Assembly (NCBI GenBank): GCA_016699995.1
Contig: CP064996.1
Span: 528,584-592,583 of the forward strand
DNA length: 64,000 nt
Origin: a bacterium
GTDB lineage: Bacteria; Patescibacteriota; Doudnabacteria; UBA920
Direction: 5' to 3'
Part shown: positions 17,500 to 27,191 of the stretch, piece after piece
Position numbering within the stretch: the stretch's first letter is position 1
How the letters are laid out: every line of letters starts with the position of its first letter
Position numbers and translations under genes: made by a program
The notes under the pieces: generated by a model
Seen by the model: the letters and a program-made list of their open reading frames with translations, nothing else
What the model was told of the DNA's origin: nothing
Databases searched by the model: none

Positions 17500-19047
17500 T
17501 TATTTAATAGTCCACTTTTGCTTGCCGCCCCCTGCAAAGTGAGGCGCGCTTTGGTGTTGCCACAGCTTTACCACCGGCACCATCTTCTTGCTAAAGTTAG
17601 AGTGCAGCACGCGATACTCAGAATTCTTTTTTAACAGCACCTTTATTAACGTATCGCGCAGTGTAGCAATAAACTTCTTAGACAGCTTCGCTCCGGGCTT
17701 AAGTTCGGTATTAACCTCTAATACCGGATTATGCTTTTTGTCGTAAGTGATGCGCATGGCAAACTTGCCAGTCGTATGTTTATTTGTTGCTTTTGTTAAA
17801 TGCGCCTCGCGCACATGCTCCGGGTAAATATTGCCGCCGTACCAGCTCACCACCATATCGCTGCGCTCGTATACGTACACAAACGGCAAATTCCAAACGG
17901 TGTCTTTCAATTTTGCCGTCCTAATCTCTTTATCCAAATCAATGCCGCAGTCTTTAGCTTTGGCCATCACCTCCTTGGCGCTCATTATTCCGCCGCGGTC
18001 CTTGAGGTCATACCTAAACAAGGGCAGGCCGCTAAAAGCCGAGCAGTACAAATTTCCATTGTCGTTTTCGAAATAAAACAGCTCCGGCAAGTATTGCGTT
18101 AGTGTGGGTTGCCTTTCCAAAGCAGCGTCATTTTCGGCAATGCCAGAGAATAACTTAGCTTTAAACTTTTTATTCTTATTGCTTAGTCTGCGCACCAAAA
18201 TCGACAGCGGGGTTTCGTGAGAGTGAGTCCCCTGGTCCACAGTGCCGTAATGATTAAGCGTGGAAGTATAGATATTTTTTAGGCCAGCTTGTTTGGCCAC
18301 ATAGTCGCGAAATGCTTCGGTAAAACCTTCGGCCGAAAAAATTATTCCTAAATTATATTTCTTCCAGTTCAAGCCTTCGCTTAACCCTTGGTCGATGGTG
18401 TCTTTAACAAAGGGAGGATAGCCACCCAAAATAACCTGGTCGTATTTATCGCCTAACTGGCGCATAGCCTTAATGATCTCCTTGCTATTTACGCCTGGAG
18501 TAATAATGCTGATGTCGTAGCCTTTTTGCTGCAAAATCTGTACGGCTTCGTAAGTGAACAGGCCGCCGATCCACGCGCCCATAGCAAACCCGTCAATGTA
18601 TAAAGTGGACTTCTTGTGGATCTGAAAGTTGTTGCGCAAGTACAGCTCAGCGGTTAACGCATACTGCCGGCTCTGCTCATGCGTGCGCGGAAAATAAAAC
18701 GGTTCGCCGGTGGTGCCGGAAGTGGCGGCATAAACGCTCTGCTGTTTGCTTAACACGCCGTCCCAGCACAGCTGCTTAAGCGGATACTTGCGCAGGTAGT
18801 TGTTCTTGTCGATGGTCGGAACCAAAGCAAAATCCGCCGCGCTCTTTATCTTTGCAGGGTTCACTTTGTGCTTTTTTAAAAAGTCCTTGTACGCCGGAAC
18901 CCTCTTGGCCATTTCGTGGAACAGCTTGAGAGCGCGCTGCTCTCCCCGCTTCTGCCAGAAACTTTCCGGCTTGGTCTTTAAGTTCTTTTCTAAGGATGTA
19001 ATATTAGCGGTCTGCAATGATTTGGGAAATGAAAGCTCGTTCTTCAT
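17500..19047 (-). CDS. adenylate-forming ligase of the phenylacetate-CoA ligase (PaaK)/CapK/coenzyme F390 synthetase family, 515 aa
   Basis: P-loop-like YAATSGTTGEPFYFPRT (SGTTGxP). The size and N-terminal motif arrangement are typical of PaaK-like ANL enzymes. Confidence 0.65.
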   Translation of the reverse strand: MKNELSFPKSLQTANITSLEKNLKTKPESFWQKRGEQRALKLFHEMAKRVPAYKDFLKKHKVNPAKIKSAADFALVPTIDKNNYLRKYPLKQLCWDGVLSKQQSVYAATSGTTGEPFYFPRTHEQSRQYALTAELYLRNNFQIHKKSTLYIDGFAMGAWIGGLFTYEAVQILQQKGYDISIITPGVNSKEIIKAMRQLGDKYDQVILGGYPPFVKDTIDQGLSEGLNWKKYNLGIIFSAEGFTEAFRDYVAKQAGLKNIYTSTLNHYGTVDQGTHSHETPLSILVRRLSNKNKKFKAKLFSGIAENDAALERQPTLTQYLPELFYFENDNGNLYCSAFSGLPLFRYDLKDRGGIMSAKEVMAKAKDCGIDLDKEIRTAKLKDTVWNLPFVYVYERSDMVVSWYGGNIYPEHVREAHLTKATNKHTTGKFAMRITYDKKHNPVLEVNTELKPGAKLSKKFIATLRDTLIKVLLKKNSEYRVLHSNFSKKMVPVVKLWQHQSAPHFAGGGKQKWTIK

Positions 19048-19049
19048 AA

Positions 19050-20096
19050 CTAGCGGCCGTTAAAGATTTCTTCTGCCATTTCGTCGGCAATAATATTGGT
19101 GGCGCGGTTCATAGTCTGGCTGCGGCTAAAAATCTCTTTAAGGATCACGACAATGTTGTTTAAGCGGGTCTTAACGCGGGCGCTGTTAAACTGCTTATGC
19201 TCGTACTCATCCACTACAGAAATTAAGCCGCCCGAATTAACCACGTAATCCGGCGCATACATAATGCCCAACGAGTGCAGCAATTCGCCCACAGAACGGT
19301 CCTGCAGCTGGTTGTTGGCGCCGCCGCAAATAATCGGCGCCTTAAGCTTGGTAATAGTCTGCGAAGTCAAAGAGTTACTCAATGCGCAGGGAGAGAATAC
19401 ATCTACATCCGCTTTATAAATAGCGGTCGGCGAAACGACTTCGACCTTTGGGTACTTCTTTTTTATCTCTTTTAAACGAACGCTATCTACATCCGTAATA
19501 ACAATGCGGCCGGCTTTTTTATACAAAATATGCAGCAAGGCTTCGCCGATCTTGCCCACGCCCTGAATAGCAAACGAGCGCTTCTTTAAATCTTTGTTGC
19601 CAAAGCGGGCTTGCACGCAAAACTCAATAGCCTTAAACAAGCCTTGGGCGGTGTACAGCACCGGATTGCTGCGTACTCCGACAATGAACTCGCTATTGGC
19701 GTGCATGATCTTTAAGTCGGAATTGGTTACGCCTACATCGGCTCCAGTTACAAAGTGGCCAGCAAAATAATTAACAGCTTCGGTATAGGAAGCAATGATC
19801 TTCTCCCTATCGGCTTTATTTACACCGGCCGGTAGCAAAATTACACCCTTGCCGCCGCCGTAGTCCAAGCCGGCCATAGCGGCTTTATAAGACATCAAGC
19901 GAGATAAGCGCAAGGCGTCGCGCAAGGCGTCCTCTTTATTGGCATATCTGGCAATACGGGTCGCGCCAAAGCTAGGGCTAGTTAAGCTGCCCCGGTGCAA
20001 GGCGATATAAGCTTCTAATTTGGTTTTTTTGTCGACAGCGAAAGATACCAGCTTATGATTATCAAACTCTTCTAAAATCTCGATATTTACGCTCAT
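19050..20096 (-). CDS. Glu/Leu/Phe/Val-type amino-acid dehydrogenase (leucine/phenylalanine dehydrogenase-like), 348 aa
   Basis: Catalytic GLDYGGGKGVI motif. NAD-binding GVGKIGEALLHIL. Stop is 3 nt from the ligase start. Confidence 0.8.
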   Translation of the reverse strand: MSVNIEILEEFDNHKLVSFAVDKKTKLEAYIALHRGSLTSPSFGATRIARYANKEDALRDALRLSRLMSYKAAMAGLDYGGGKGVILLPAGVNKADREKIIASYTEAVNYFAGHFVTGADVGVTNSDLKIMHANSEFIVGVRSNPVLYTAQGLFKAIEFCVQARFGNKDLKKRSFAIQGVGKIGEALLHILYKKAGRIVITDVDSVRLKEIKKKYPKVEVVSPTAIYKADVDVFSPCALSNSLTSQTITKLKAPIICGGANNQLQDRSVGELLHSLGIMYAPDYVVNSGGLISVVDEYEHKQFNSARVKTRLNNIVVILKEIFSRSQTMNRATNIIADEMAEEIFNGR

Positions 20097-20183
20097 GGAT
20101 ACTTTTTATATAAATATTATAGAGTCGGTGCAGAACCCTTTAAACTTTTTAAATAGGCTCATATATGGTATAGTAAAGGCACT

Positions 20184-20642
20184 ATGGAATCTACTTCATC
20201 AGAAACAAAGAAAAAAATTGTCATTGTCGAGGATGATGTCGCGATGCGCGAAATCGTCGCTCACAAGCTGGTAACCAGTGGCTACGACGTAAAAGAAGCA
20301 GAAGATGGCCAGCAAGGAATCGACGCCATAATCGCCGATAAGCCCAATTTGGTCCTGTTGGACCTAATGCTTCCAGAAGTAGATGGCTTCAAAGTTTTAG
20401 AAACTATCCGCAAGCATTCCGATCCTGTGGTAGCCAAAACCCCGGTCATCATTCTCAGTAACCTCTGGAGCAATAAAGACATCCTCAAGACTAAGGCACT
20501 CAATGTGCAAGCTTATCTTGTGAAGGCCTACTTTACCACAGAAGAAATTCTTAAAAAAGTACAAGAGGTGATGGCTAATCCCAATAAATCGGCCGAACTT
20601 TCGGTTAGCAACCAAGCCGGCGCTCCGGCCATTAATCAGTAA
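20184..20642 (+). CDS. single-domain CheY-like response regulator receiver, 152 aa
   Basis: IVIVEDD...LVLLDLMLPEVDG...VIILS: the acidic pocket, phospho-acceptor Asp and conserved Thr/Lys positions are all present. Confidence 0.8.
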   Translation: MESTSSETKKKIVIVEDDVAMREIVAHKLVTSGYDVKEAEDGQQGIDAIIADKPNLVLLDLMLPEVDGFKVLETIRKHSDPVVAKTPVIILSNLWSNKDILKTKALNVQAYLVKAYFTTEEILKKVQEVMANPNKSAELSVSNQAGAPAINQ

Positions 20643-20701
20643 TTGCAATTTTGCGCATTACCGTCTGCAATCCGCTGATATAATTTTTTCTAAAGAACAA
20701 T

Positions 20702-20747
20702 AAAGGGTCACCCCGTCCGCGTGCCGGACAGAAAGGTGACCCTTTAA
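20702..20747. terminator. long GC-rich hairpin between the convergent response regulator and hup; bidirectional terminator
   Basis: aagggtcacc...ggtgaccctt outer stem with an inner ccgtccg/cggacag stem. Confidence 0.55.
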
Positions 20748-20754
20748 TATTGGA

Positions 20755-21027
20755 TTAAAGAATTGCGTCTTTTGCAGCCTTTGCAACTGTAAACTTCACT
20801 ACAGTCTTAGCTGGGATCTGGATGGTTTCGCCGGTTGCAGGATTGCGGCCCTGGCGAGCATCGCGATGCTTCTTCTTAAGCTTACCCAAACCTGGGATAG
20901 AAAATTCACCGCTGCTCTTGGTTTCCTTGTAAGCCAAGGCGACCATTGCTTCCATGAATTCTACTACTTCTTTTTTGGTCTTGCCGGTCTTTTCGGCAAG
21001 GTGCTGCAAGATTTCTGACTTAGTCAT
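20755..21027 (-). CDS. hup: HU/IHF-family nucleoid-associated DNA-binding protein, 90 aa
   Basis: MTKSEILQHLAEKTGKTKKEV...RQGRNPATGETIQIPAKTVVKF is the canonical HU arm motif. Confidence 0.9.
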   Translation of the reverse strand: MTKSEILQHLAEKTGKTKKEVVEFMEAMVALAYKETKSSGEFSIPGLGKLKKKHRDARQGRNPATGETIQIPAKTVVKFTVAKAAKDAIL

Positions 21028-21204
21028 TCTTGTTTTCCTTTTATCTTTCTGGATGACTAGGCGGTTAGCTTCGCTGAATACCGAAAGATAATTATTTGAT
21101 TTATGAATTAATACTAACCAAAAACCCGCTGTTTTACAAGGATTTTTTAAACCGCGTCAAGGGTTTTTGGGGAAAACTTCAATAAAAATTAAGTTTTTTG
21201 ATTT

Positions 21205-21240
21205 TGGAAACAAAAATAGCGCTTATCTAAGCGCTATTTA
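21205..21240 (-). terminator. rho-independent terminator after the sortase gene
   Basis: aaatagcgcttagataagcgctattttt on the minus strand. Confidence 0.55.
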
Positions 21241-21252
21241 TAAGGTTAAAAT

Positions 21253-21885
21253 TTAGTCCTTAACTAATTCAGCCTTCACAATATATCTTTTGAGGGCCGT
21301 GCCAATCGGGTATGAAGTCTGCAGGGTCAAGATGCGCTTGCCTCTGGTGTTTTGCTCGAGCTGTTTGACGTCGTTGCTTTCTACTACGAACTTATCATAA
21401 ACTCTATAGACGTACTTCTCGCCCTCTTTGTTAGTAACGCTCACTTCGGCGCCGATTTGGATTTTAGGCAGCAACGCAAACACAGTTTTGTAATCACCCT
21501 TGCTAAAAGCAAAGTCGGACGAGTGGCCAAAGATGTAGCTATTGCCTTCGGCGCCAAACTCCGCGGTGCCGGGATAATGAACAACGCCGTTGGCTAGCGC
21601 GGCTTGAAACACCGGTTCGTTAGATTCGGTCACATACTGAATCGGTGCAACTACATCCAACGAAGGAATTTGAAGCTGGCTCGGCTCTTCTACAACTGGT
21701 CGCTCGCGGCGAATGTTCTCGCGCTGCTGTTCTGTTACAAATACCTGACTGGTGTAATAGCGAAGCTGCTTGAAGAAATATTCGTTGTTTAAGAGCGCGA
21801 AGATTGCTGCTGCCACGAGGACTGCGATCACTGCCCATTTTATAATTTTACCTAGCATAAATTGAATGTGCGCCGAAATGCGCAT
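21253..21885 (-). CDS. sortase-family transpeptidase homologue with Ser in place of the catalytic Cys (protein contains no Cys), 210 aa
   Basis: N-terminal TM anchor. His-motif IFGHSSD. The TLxTC block reads RILTLQTSYPIG (DNA acc ctg cag act tca tac). Arg follows in LKRYIV. Adjacent to an LPRTG-bearing substrate. Confidence 0.65.
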   Translation of the reverse strand: MRISAHIQFMLGKIIKWAVIAVLVAAAIFALLNNEYFFKQLRYYTSQVFVTEQQRENIRRERPVVEEPSQLQIPSLDVVAPIQYVTESNEPVFQAALANGVVHYPGTAEFGAEGNSYIFGHSSDFAFSKGDYKTVFALLPKIQIGAEVSVTNKEGEKYVYRVYDKFVVESNDVKQLEQNTRGKRILTLQTSYPIGTALKRYIVKAELVKD

Positions 21886-21894
21886 TAGTTGTTA

Positions 21895-21930
21895 AAAGAA
21901 AAAACTACCTTATTGCTAAGGTAGTTTTAT
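21895..21930 (-). terminator. rho-independent terminator after the giant surface-protein gene
   Basis: aaaactaccttagcaataaggtagttttttc on the minus strand. Confidence 0.6.
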
Positions 21931-21938
21931 TATATCAC

Positions 21939-24900
21939 TTATTTTTGTTTGCTTGCCTTAACCTCTACGGTCGCATATTTGGGCAATAACACGATGGTTA
22001 ATAATCCCAAAATAGTGAATACAATAGAAGCTGGGGTTCCGGTACGAGGCAATGTTGTAGCGCCTAATACAGAACCAGTAGGAGCGGGAGTTTCTTGGTC
22101 GCTAGGGGTATTAGTAGAATCTCCCAGGACTCGTCCTGTTGGTGGAGGTGGAGTTTGGCCACCGCCGCCTCCGCCCGAGCTTCCGCCAGAGCCGCCATTG
22201 CCGCCGTTGCCGCCGCGGCCATTGTCGAAGTTACCGAAGTTGACCCCTACAGCATCCCCTGCTGAAGTAATTAGCAAAGGTCCTGCTGCAGCATGAGCAG
22301 TTTTAATGAATAGTGAAGCAAAGAATCCTTGGCCAGAGTCGGTAAATAACTCGTTACAGTTATTAACTCCGCCCACGGCTACGTGATATGAATCAGAATC
22401 CACGTCTGGTTCTGTAACGATCCAGCCGCCCGGAGTGCTTTCTGTTACTAAATAGCAACCGGCTACTAGACCAGTAAACTGATAATTACCATTTTCGTCC
22501 GAGGTAGTACTGTCGGTAAAGGCTTCTTCTTCACCTAATTTTTCGATATTAATCTGCCAGCCTGGCAAACCAGACTCGCCTTCGTCTTTTGTGTTGTTAG
22601 CATTGGAATCTTCGTAAACTATTCCGCTAATTTTGTATCCGGAACCGCCGTTGCCGCCACCATTACAATCAAAGGTAACATCGTCCAGCTTGTAAATGAG
22701 CCCCGTTGGGTTATTAGGCTGGTCAAAAGCGTCGTTCTTTACTACAAATTTTAAGGTGTGAGTGCCAGCGGTTAACGCTAACGCGCCAGTCGTAGAAACT
22801 GTAGTAAAACCGCTGTTTGGAGCTGTACTGCCAACCAAAACATCGTCTAGATAAGCTTCTACAGAGTTGTCACCGGCGAAGCTCAATACAGGAGAATTAA
22901 TATTAATTGCCCCCGCAGGAATGGTAAAGGTATGAGAGAATAATCGGTAAGATTCTACGCCGCCGTTATAGCCGGCCGCGCCGCCAAATGTCGGCTGAGT
23001 AGAATCATTGCTTACGTAGCTGGCTCCAGCAATGGCCGAACCGCTCCAAGCTCCAGGATATCCGGTAGAATCCGCTGATTGTGCAAATCCCCAGCTTCCC
23101 AATGGATAATTGCCAATGTTAGTTGGAATTGGAGGTACAGAACCCTCACGAACACCCCAAGACAGAGTTACGCCTGCGGCGCTGGCTACAGAAATCGGCT
23201 CATCTACGCATGGGGCAATCTTTTCTATGTTGTACGCAATACAGTAAATATTCTCTGGGGTTGCTCCGTTAAGATTGATGAATTCTAGGTTGTCTCCGTT
23301 GAAGGCGTCGTCGTAACATCGCAGTGCAGCAAAATCATAACCGCCTTGAGTAACTTCGCTCACCCAGAAGTTGCCATTCTGAATGCCAGCCTGCAATTCT
23401 GCAGACAAAGCCGAGCCCGGACCATACGCAGCGGTGGTATAAGTACCATTAACGGTAGCTACGGTTTGGTTATCGTCATTTTGGTCTTGATCCGTAGACA
23501 GCAAGAACTGCCAGTTATGAGCCATGGCACAGCCATCCGGAATTTCCTCAGGATCGACGAAGCCGCCTACCAAAGGACTAGGTGAAAATGCGCCATTTGC
23601 ATAGTTATTGAAATAGACATAATTGCCGCCGGTAGCATCGTACGCGTCGCTCATTGCATTTCCTGCAACATCGCTAAAGCTGTCGCAAACTACTTTGATC
23701 AAATGCAGGTTTGGAACAACCGGTTCCGGCTGATTGCAGATTTCGTCTACTACACAAGCGTTAACTAGAGTGAAGCCAGGATTGCCGTCGAGCAATGGAT
23801 TCGGGCCTTCGACTGGACCATTCACAACTACGATATCGCCTTCCCCATCTTCATTCATCCAGCCATCCTGCATAATCTCACCCAAGCTGTATGTGCCGTA
23901 AGGAACATCATTCAAAGTTACACAGCCGTCTTCTTCTGTTACGCCAGAATAGACTTCGTAAATCTTCACAGTTAGCGGGCCGACGTTGTCGCCGAACCAT
24001 GCGGAGCTGCTATTATCAGCATCATTCTGGTTGGCAAAATCATAAACACGGAATTTAGCGGTAGAGCCGCTGCCGGTCATCAGATAGTTATAGGTATGAG
24101 ATGTATTGTAAGGGCCCCATTCTACAAAGCCGTCATCAACCTGAAGCTCAAGCAATTCATCTTGATACCCGCCCTGAGGAGCGTCTAAAACTGTGCTCCA
24201 ACCGTCCGGAGTAGTAAACTTGGCATCTACAGTTTCGAAACTGCGATTGCCCCACGTGCCACTGGCAACGGCCAAGTATTGCTTGCCGTTTTGCAATGTT
24301 GCAGAAGTAGTAGCCCCTAAAGGATTATTAGAGTTTACAGAAACAGTTTCTACTAGCTTGCCTTTTAGGAATACAGTCCAGCCAGATAATGGTTGATCAT
24401 TAGCATCGTTTACCTTACAAACAGTTACTTGAGATTCACAGCCAGTGTCACACTTGTTTACGAGGGTAAAGGTATCGCTGACACCGTCTACATTAGCGGT
24501 TTGGCCTTGGCCAGAAACGTTGGACCAGCCCTGCTGCATAACTTCGTCAACAGTGTAAGTTCCAAAAGGTACGTCTTTGAGGGTAATACAGCCGTTGTCC
24601 CCTGTTGTTCCTTTTAGCACTTTATAAATATCCACAGTTAAGCTGCCGGAGTTATCGGAATAGTTATCGTCCAAAATTCGGAAGTCCATTGCATCAGGAC
24701 CGCCAAGAGTACGGAAAGTAGAGTATTGGTGTGCCGGGTTAAAAGTAGAGCCCCAATCGGTGAACCCTTGATCAATCTGAATACCCAGCCAGCCAGTGTG
24801 AGGGTTTGGAAAATCGTTCACTCTCACCCATGGAGCAAAAGCCCCACCGTAAACAGGATCAGAAGGCAAGCGCTTAGAATACGCTGCATCAGAAGTAGAC

Positions 24901-26837
24901 GCGGCAGGATCGCCAGGGCGATATACGTAAGTACCGCTAGCTTCTACAACATATTGGCCAGCAGGCAAAGTTCCTGCGGTAGAATAGTCCGCGCCATCAG
25001 GATATACAGTCACTGTTTCAATTTTTGGACCCTTCAAATAAACTTCCCAGCCGGACAACGGATTCTGGTTGTTATCTAACTTACAAATAGTAACGTCGGA
25101 CAGACATTCCTGCTTAACGCTAACATCATCTACGAACGCTCCAAAAGAATCGCCCACCCCTTGGTCGCTGATTTCCAAACGAGTGACGCCGCTTGTAGCA
25201 GTAAATGTGTAAACATGTTCGGTCCAGACAGTATTAAGATTGCCAGTACCATCTTCTATAATTGTATCTAGGACAACTGCACCGGCCTTAACCTGGGTAA
25301 CATTCTGAGAAGAATTCTGCCCTGGACGAGGAGAAGTCCATAGTTTAACGGTATACTTGCCGCCGGGAACAGTGATTAAGTCTTGGAAAAGTTTAACAGA
25401 TCCATTTTCACCGTTAGTCGGGTCAGACGGGCCGCCCCAATCAGAATCTAGCTCAGTATGTTGAGAACCACTCTTAGGGTCCCAACCATTTACACCGCGA
25501 TGCAATTCGGCCTTTGCAATTGCAGGAGCACCGGTTGGATTAACCCAGTCTACACTCCAGCCTAGGCCAGGTGTACCAGAATCACGAACATCCCAGCTAT
25601 TAGAGAGTACAGGAGCTTCGAATCCACCATTAGCTACTAGCTCTGCACTACAAGGCTGTGGTGTTTTTAATTTATTAATAACTGTGTGAGTACATGGTTC
25701 TTGAGAATCTACGTCACAAACAACGTCAACACTTCCAACTGTTTGATCATCAACTTCCCAACCTGCTGGTAAGCCAGTTTCTGTAACGGTAATTTCTTGA
25801 CCATTATTAACGATTATTGCGTCGTGATTACAAACTAAAGTATCACCTTCATACTTACATGTAGCAGGTGCATTGCCGCCGTAGTTTACTGTAATGGTAA
25901 TATCATCTTTATTATCCGGAGCAGGAATTGGATTTCCTTGAGCATCCTGCCAAATTTTTTCAATTTCAATATCTACTGGAGTAGGTGTAGGAACAGGTTC
26001 AAAGTCATAGGTTGTAATCAATGAAGCAGTAGAAACCACCACTTTATCCAAATAACCATCTAATCCAGCGTCAGAAGCGGAAGTATCGCCAACATTCAAA
26101 GCAAACATGCGGATATTTGATCCTGAGCTAAAATTATTCATATCTGCCGGCACAGAAGGGCAAGTGTGAGGCGAAGGGTCTCCACCAGCTCTAGTTGTAA
26201 CTGGATAAGACTGTGTGGGATCAAATGTTACAGTTGTAAAACTACCTGTAGAACCAAAAGTTGGTACAACATTATATCTACAATCATAAAACTTGGTTGG
26301 GCTAGACGAACCAAAGTTTGCATAAACGTTCATGTAGAATTGCTCTTCATCAGTATTGTCACCGCCGCTGCCAATTTTAAAGTCATAGCTAATGCTATTT
26401 ATATCTACTATTAACTTGTTAATAAAATTTTCAGCGACCATCTTGTCTGCTGGTGTAGCTCCAATAGGTAAGACATTTAAGCTCCCCGACCCAATACTTG
26501 CCGCGTTTGTATTAAATGCAAAAGGAGTATCTGTGGAAGTATCACGGTTAAACATCCAGCCAGGTTGGTTTTCTCCAGCAGCTGTGTCGCCAGTAATAAT
26601 TATAGTATTACTTGGAATTGCTGGTGTATCTAAACTCTCACAACCACCCTGAGGCACAGGGTATACATCACCATGATTAATATGGGTCTGCAATGAATTT
26701 GAGTTTACACTTAAGCTATTGTATCCATTGCCAGTTTTGTGGCAAACATCAACAAAAGTTGTTGCCGCATAAGTGGTGGAGAGAGGTGCAAGCACTGTGC
26801 TTACCAAAGCAAAGCGCGATACGCCTTGATATGCCAA
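21939..26837 (-). CDS. giant (1632 aa) secreted cell-surface protein with LPXTG-type (LPRTG) C-terminal sorting signal, repeated SpaA/SdrD-B/prealbumin-like Ig domains, DUF642-like jelly-roll region and Gly-rich linker
   Basis: Signal peptide MAYQGVSRFALVSTVLAPLSTTYAA. Internal repeats (NPLSGWEVYLKG / QPLSGWTVFLKG; GTYTVDEVMQQGW / GTYSLGEIMQDGW). SdrD-B-like block SGIVYEDSNANNTKDEGESGLPGW...NGNYQFTGL. C-terminal LPRTG, then a hydrophobic stretch, then a KYATVEVKASKQK basic tail. Confidence 0.85.
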   Translation of the reverse strand: MAYQGVSRFALVSTVLAPLSTTYAATTFVDVCHKTGNGYNSLSVNSNSLQTHINHGDVYPVPQGGCESLDTPAIPSNTIIITGDTAAGENQPGWMFNRDTSTDTPFAFNTNAASIGSGSLNVLPIGATPADKMVAENFINKLIVDINSISYDFKIGSGGDNTDEEQFYMNVYANFGSSSPTKFYDCRYNVVPTFGSTGSFTTVTFDPTQSYPVTTRAGGDPSPHTCPSVPADMNNFSSGSNIRMFALNVGDTSASDAGLDGYLDKVVVSTASLITTYDFEPVPTPTPVDIEIEKIWQDAQGNPIPAPDNKDDITITVNYGGNAPATCKYEGDTLVCNHDAIIVNNGQEITVTETGLPAGWEVDDQTVGSVDVVCDVDSQEPCTHTVINKLKTPQPCSAELVANGGFEAPVLSNSWDVRDSGTPGLGWSVDWVNPTGAPAIAKAELHRGVNGWDPKSGSQHTELDSDWGGPSDPTNGENGSVKLFQDLITVPGGKYTVKLWTSPRPGQNSSQNVTQVKAGAVVLDTIIEDGTGNLNTVWTEHVYTFTATSGVTRLEISDQGVGDSFGAFVDDVSVKQECLSDVTICKLDNNQNPLSGWEVYLKGPKIETVTVYPDGADYSTAGTLPAGQYVVEASGTYVYRPGDPAASTSDAAYSKRLPSDPVYGGAFAPWVRVNDFPNPHTGWLGIQIDQGFTDWGSTFNPAHQYSTFRTLGGPDAMDFRILDDNYSDNSGSLTVDIYKVLKGTTGDNGCITLKDVPFGTYTVDEVMQQGWSNVSGQGQTANVDGVSDTFTLVNKCDTGCESQVTVCKVNDANDQPLSGWTVFLKGKLVETVSVNSNNPLGATTSATLQNGKQYLAVASGTWGNRSFETVDAKFTTPDGWSTVLDAPQGGYQDELLELQVDDGFVEWGPYNTSHTYNYLMTGSGSTAKFRVYDFANQNDADNSSSAWFGDNVGPLTVKIYEVYSGVTEEDGCVTLNDVPYGTYSLGEIMQDGWMNEDGEGDIVVVNGPVEGPNPLLDGNPGFTLVNACVVDEICNQPEPVVPNLHLIKVVCDSFSDVAGNAMSDAYDATGGNYVYFNNYANGAFSPSPLVGGFVDPEEIPDGCAMAHNWQFLLSTDQDQNDDNQTVATVNGTYTTAAYGPGSALSAELQAGIQNGNFWVSEVTQGGYDFAALRCYDDAFNGDNLEFINLNGATPENIYCIAYNIEKIAPCVDEPISVASAAGVTLSWGVREGSVPPIPTNIGNYPLGSWGFAQSADSTGYPGAWSGSAIAGASYVSNDSTQPTFGGAAGYNGGVESYRLFSHTFTIPAGAININSPVLSFAGDNSVEAYLDDVLVGSTAPNSGFTTVSTTGALALTAGTHTLKFVVKNDAFDQPNNPTGLIYKLDDVTFDCNGGGNGGSGYKISGIVYEDSNANNTKDEGESGLPGWQINIEKLGEEEAFTDSTTSDENGNYQFTGLVAGCYLVTESTPGGWIVTEPDVDSDSYHVAVGGVNNCNELFTDSGQGFFASLFIKTAHAAAGPLLITSAGDAVGVNFGNFDNGRGGNGGNGGSGGSSGGGGGGQTPPPPTGRVLGDSTNTPSDQETPAPTGSVLGATTLPRTGTPASIVFTILGLLTIVLLPKYATVEVKASKQK

Positions 26838-27191
26838 GCATCTTGTACACCCGAGATACTTTTCTTAGACATAGTTTATTCTCTTAATTACTTATTTATT
26901 AAGCTGAGGAAGTTGATCCAGAGGCTAGCAGATCAATACCTGTATATCACCACTATCGCAACTCCAGCTCTTTTTGTCAATATTCTTTTTATTTATGCGA
27001 TATTTTAAGAAGTATGTCAAACACTGAAGGAATATTAGGGTAAAAAACCCGAAAACCTCTACCCGTGTAAAGTCAGCCCATTGAGCCTTTATAATAGTTC
27101 GATCGTGCCATTGCATCCTAATGTTTCAAAAACATCTCACACACCATGCTAAAATTAAGACATAAACAAATAACTAAAAATTCCAACAAAT

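Noticed and set aside
21949-22296. 115-aa plus-strand ORF rich in Pro/Gly (…GGGGVWPPPPPPELPPEPPLPPLPPRP…)
   Set aside because: Lies antisense to the Gly-rich linker of the giant surface-protein gene. The low-complexity GGN/GGC repeats generate a mirror-image open frame, so this is not an independent gene.
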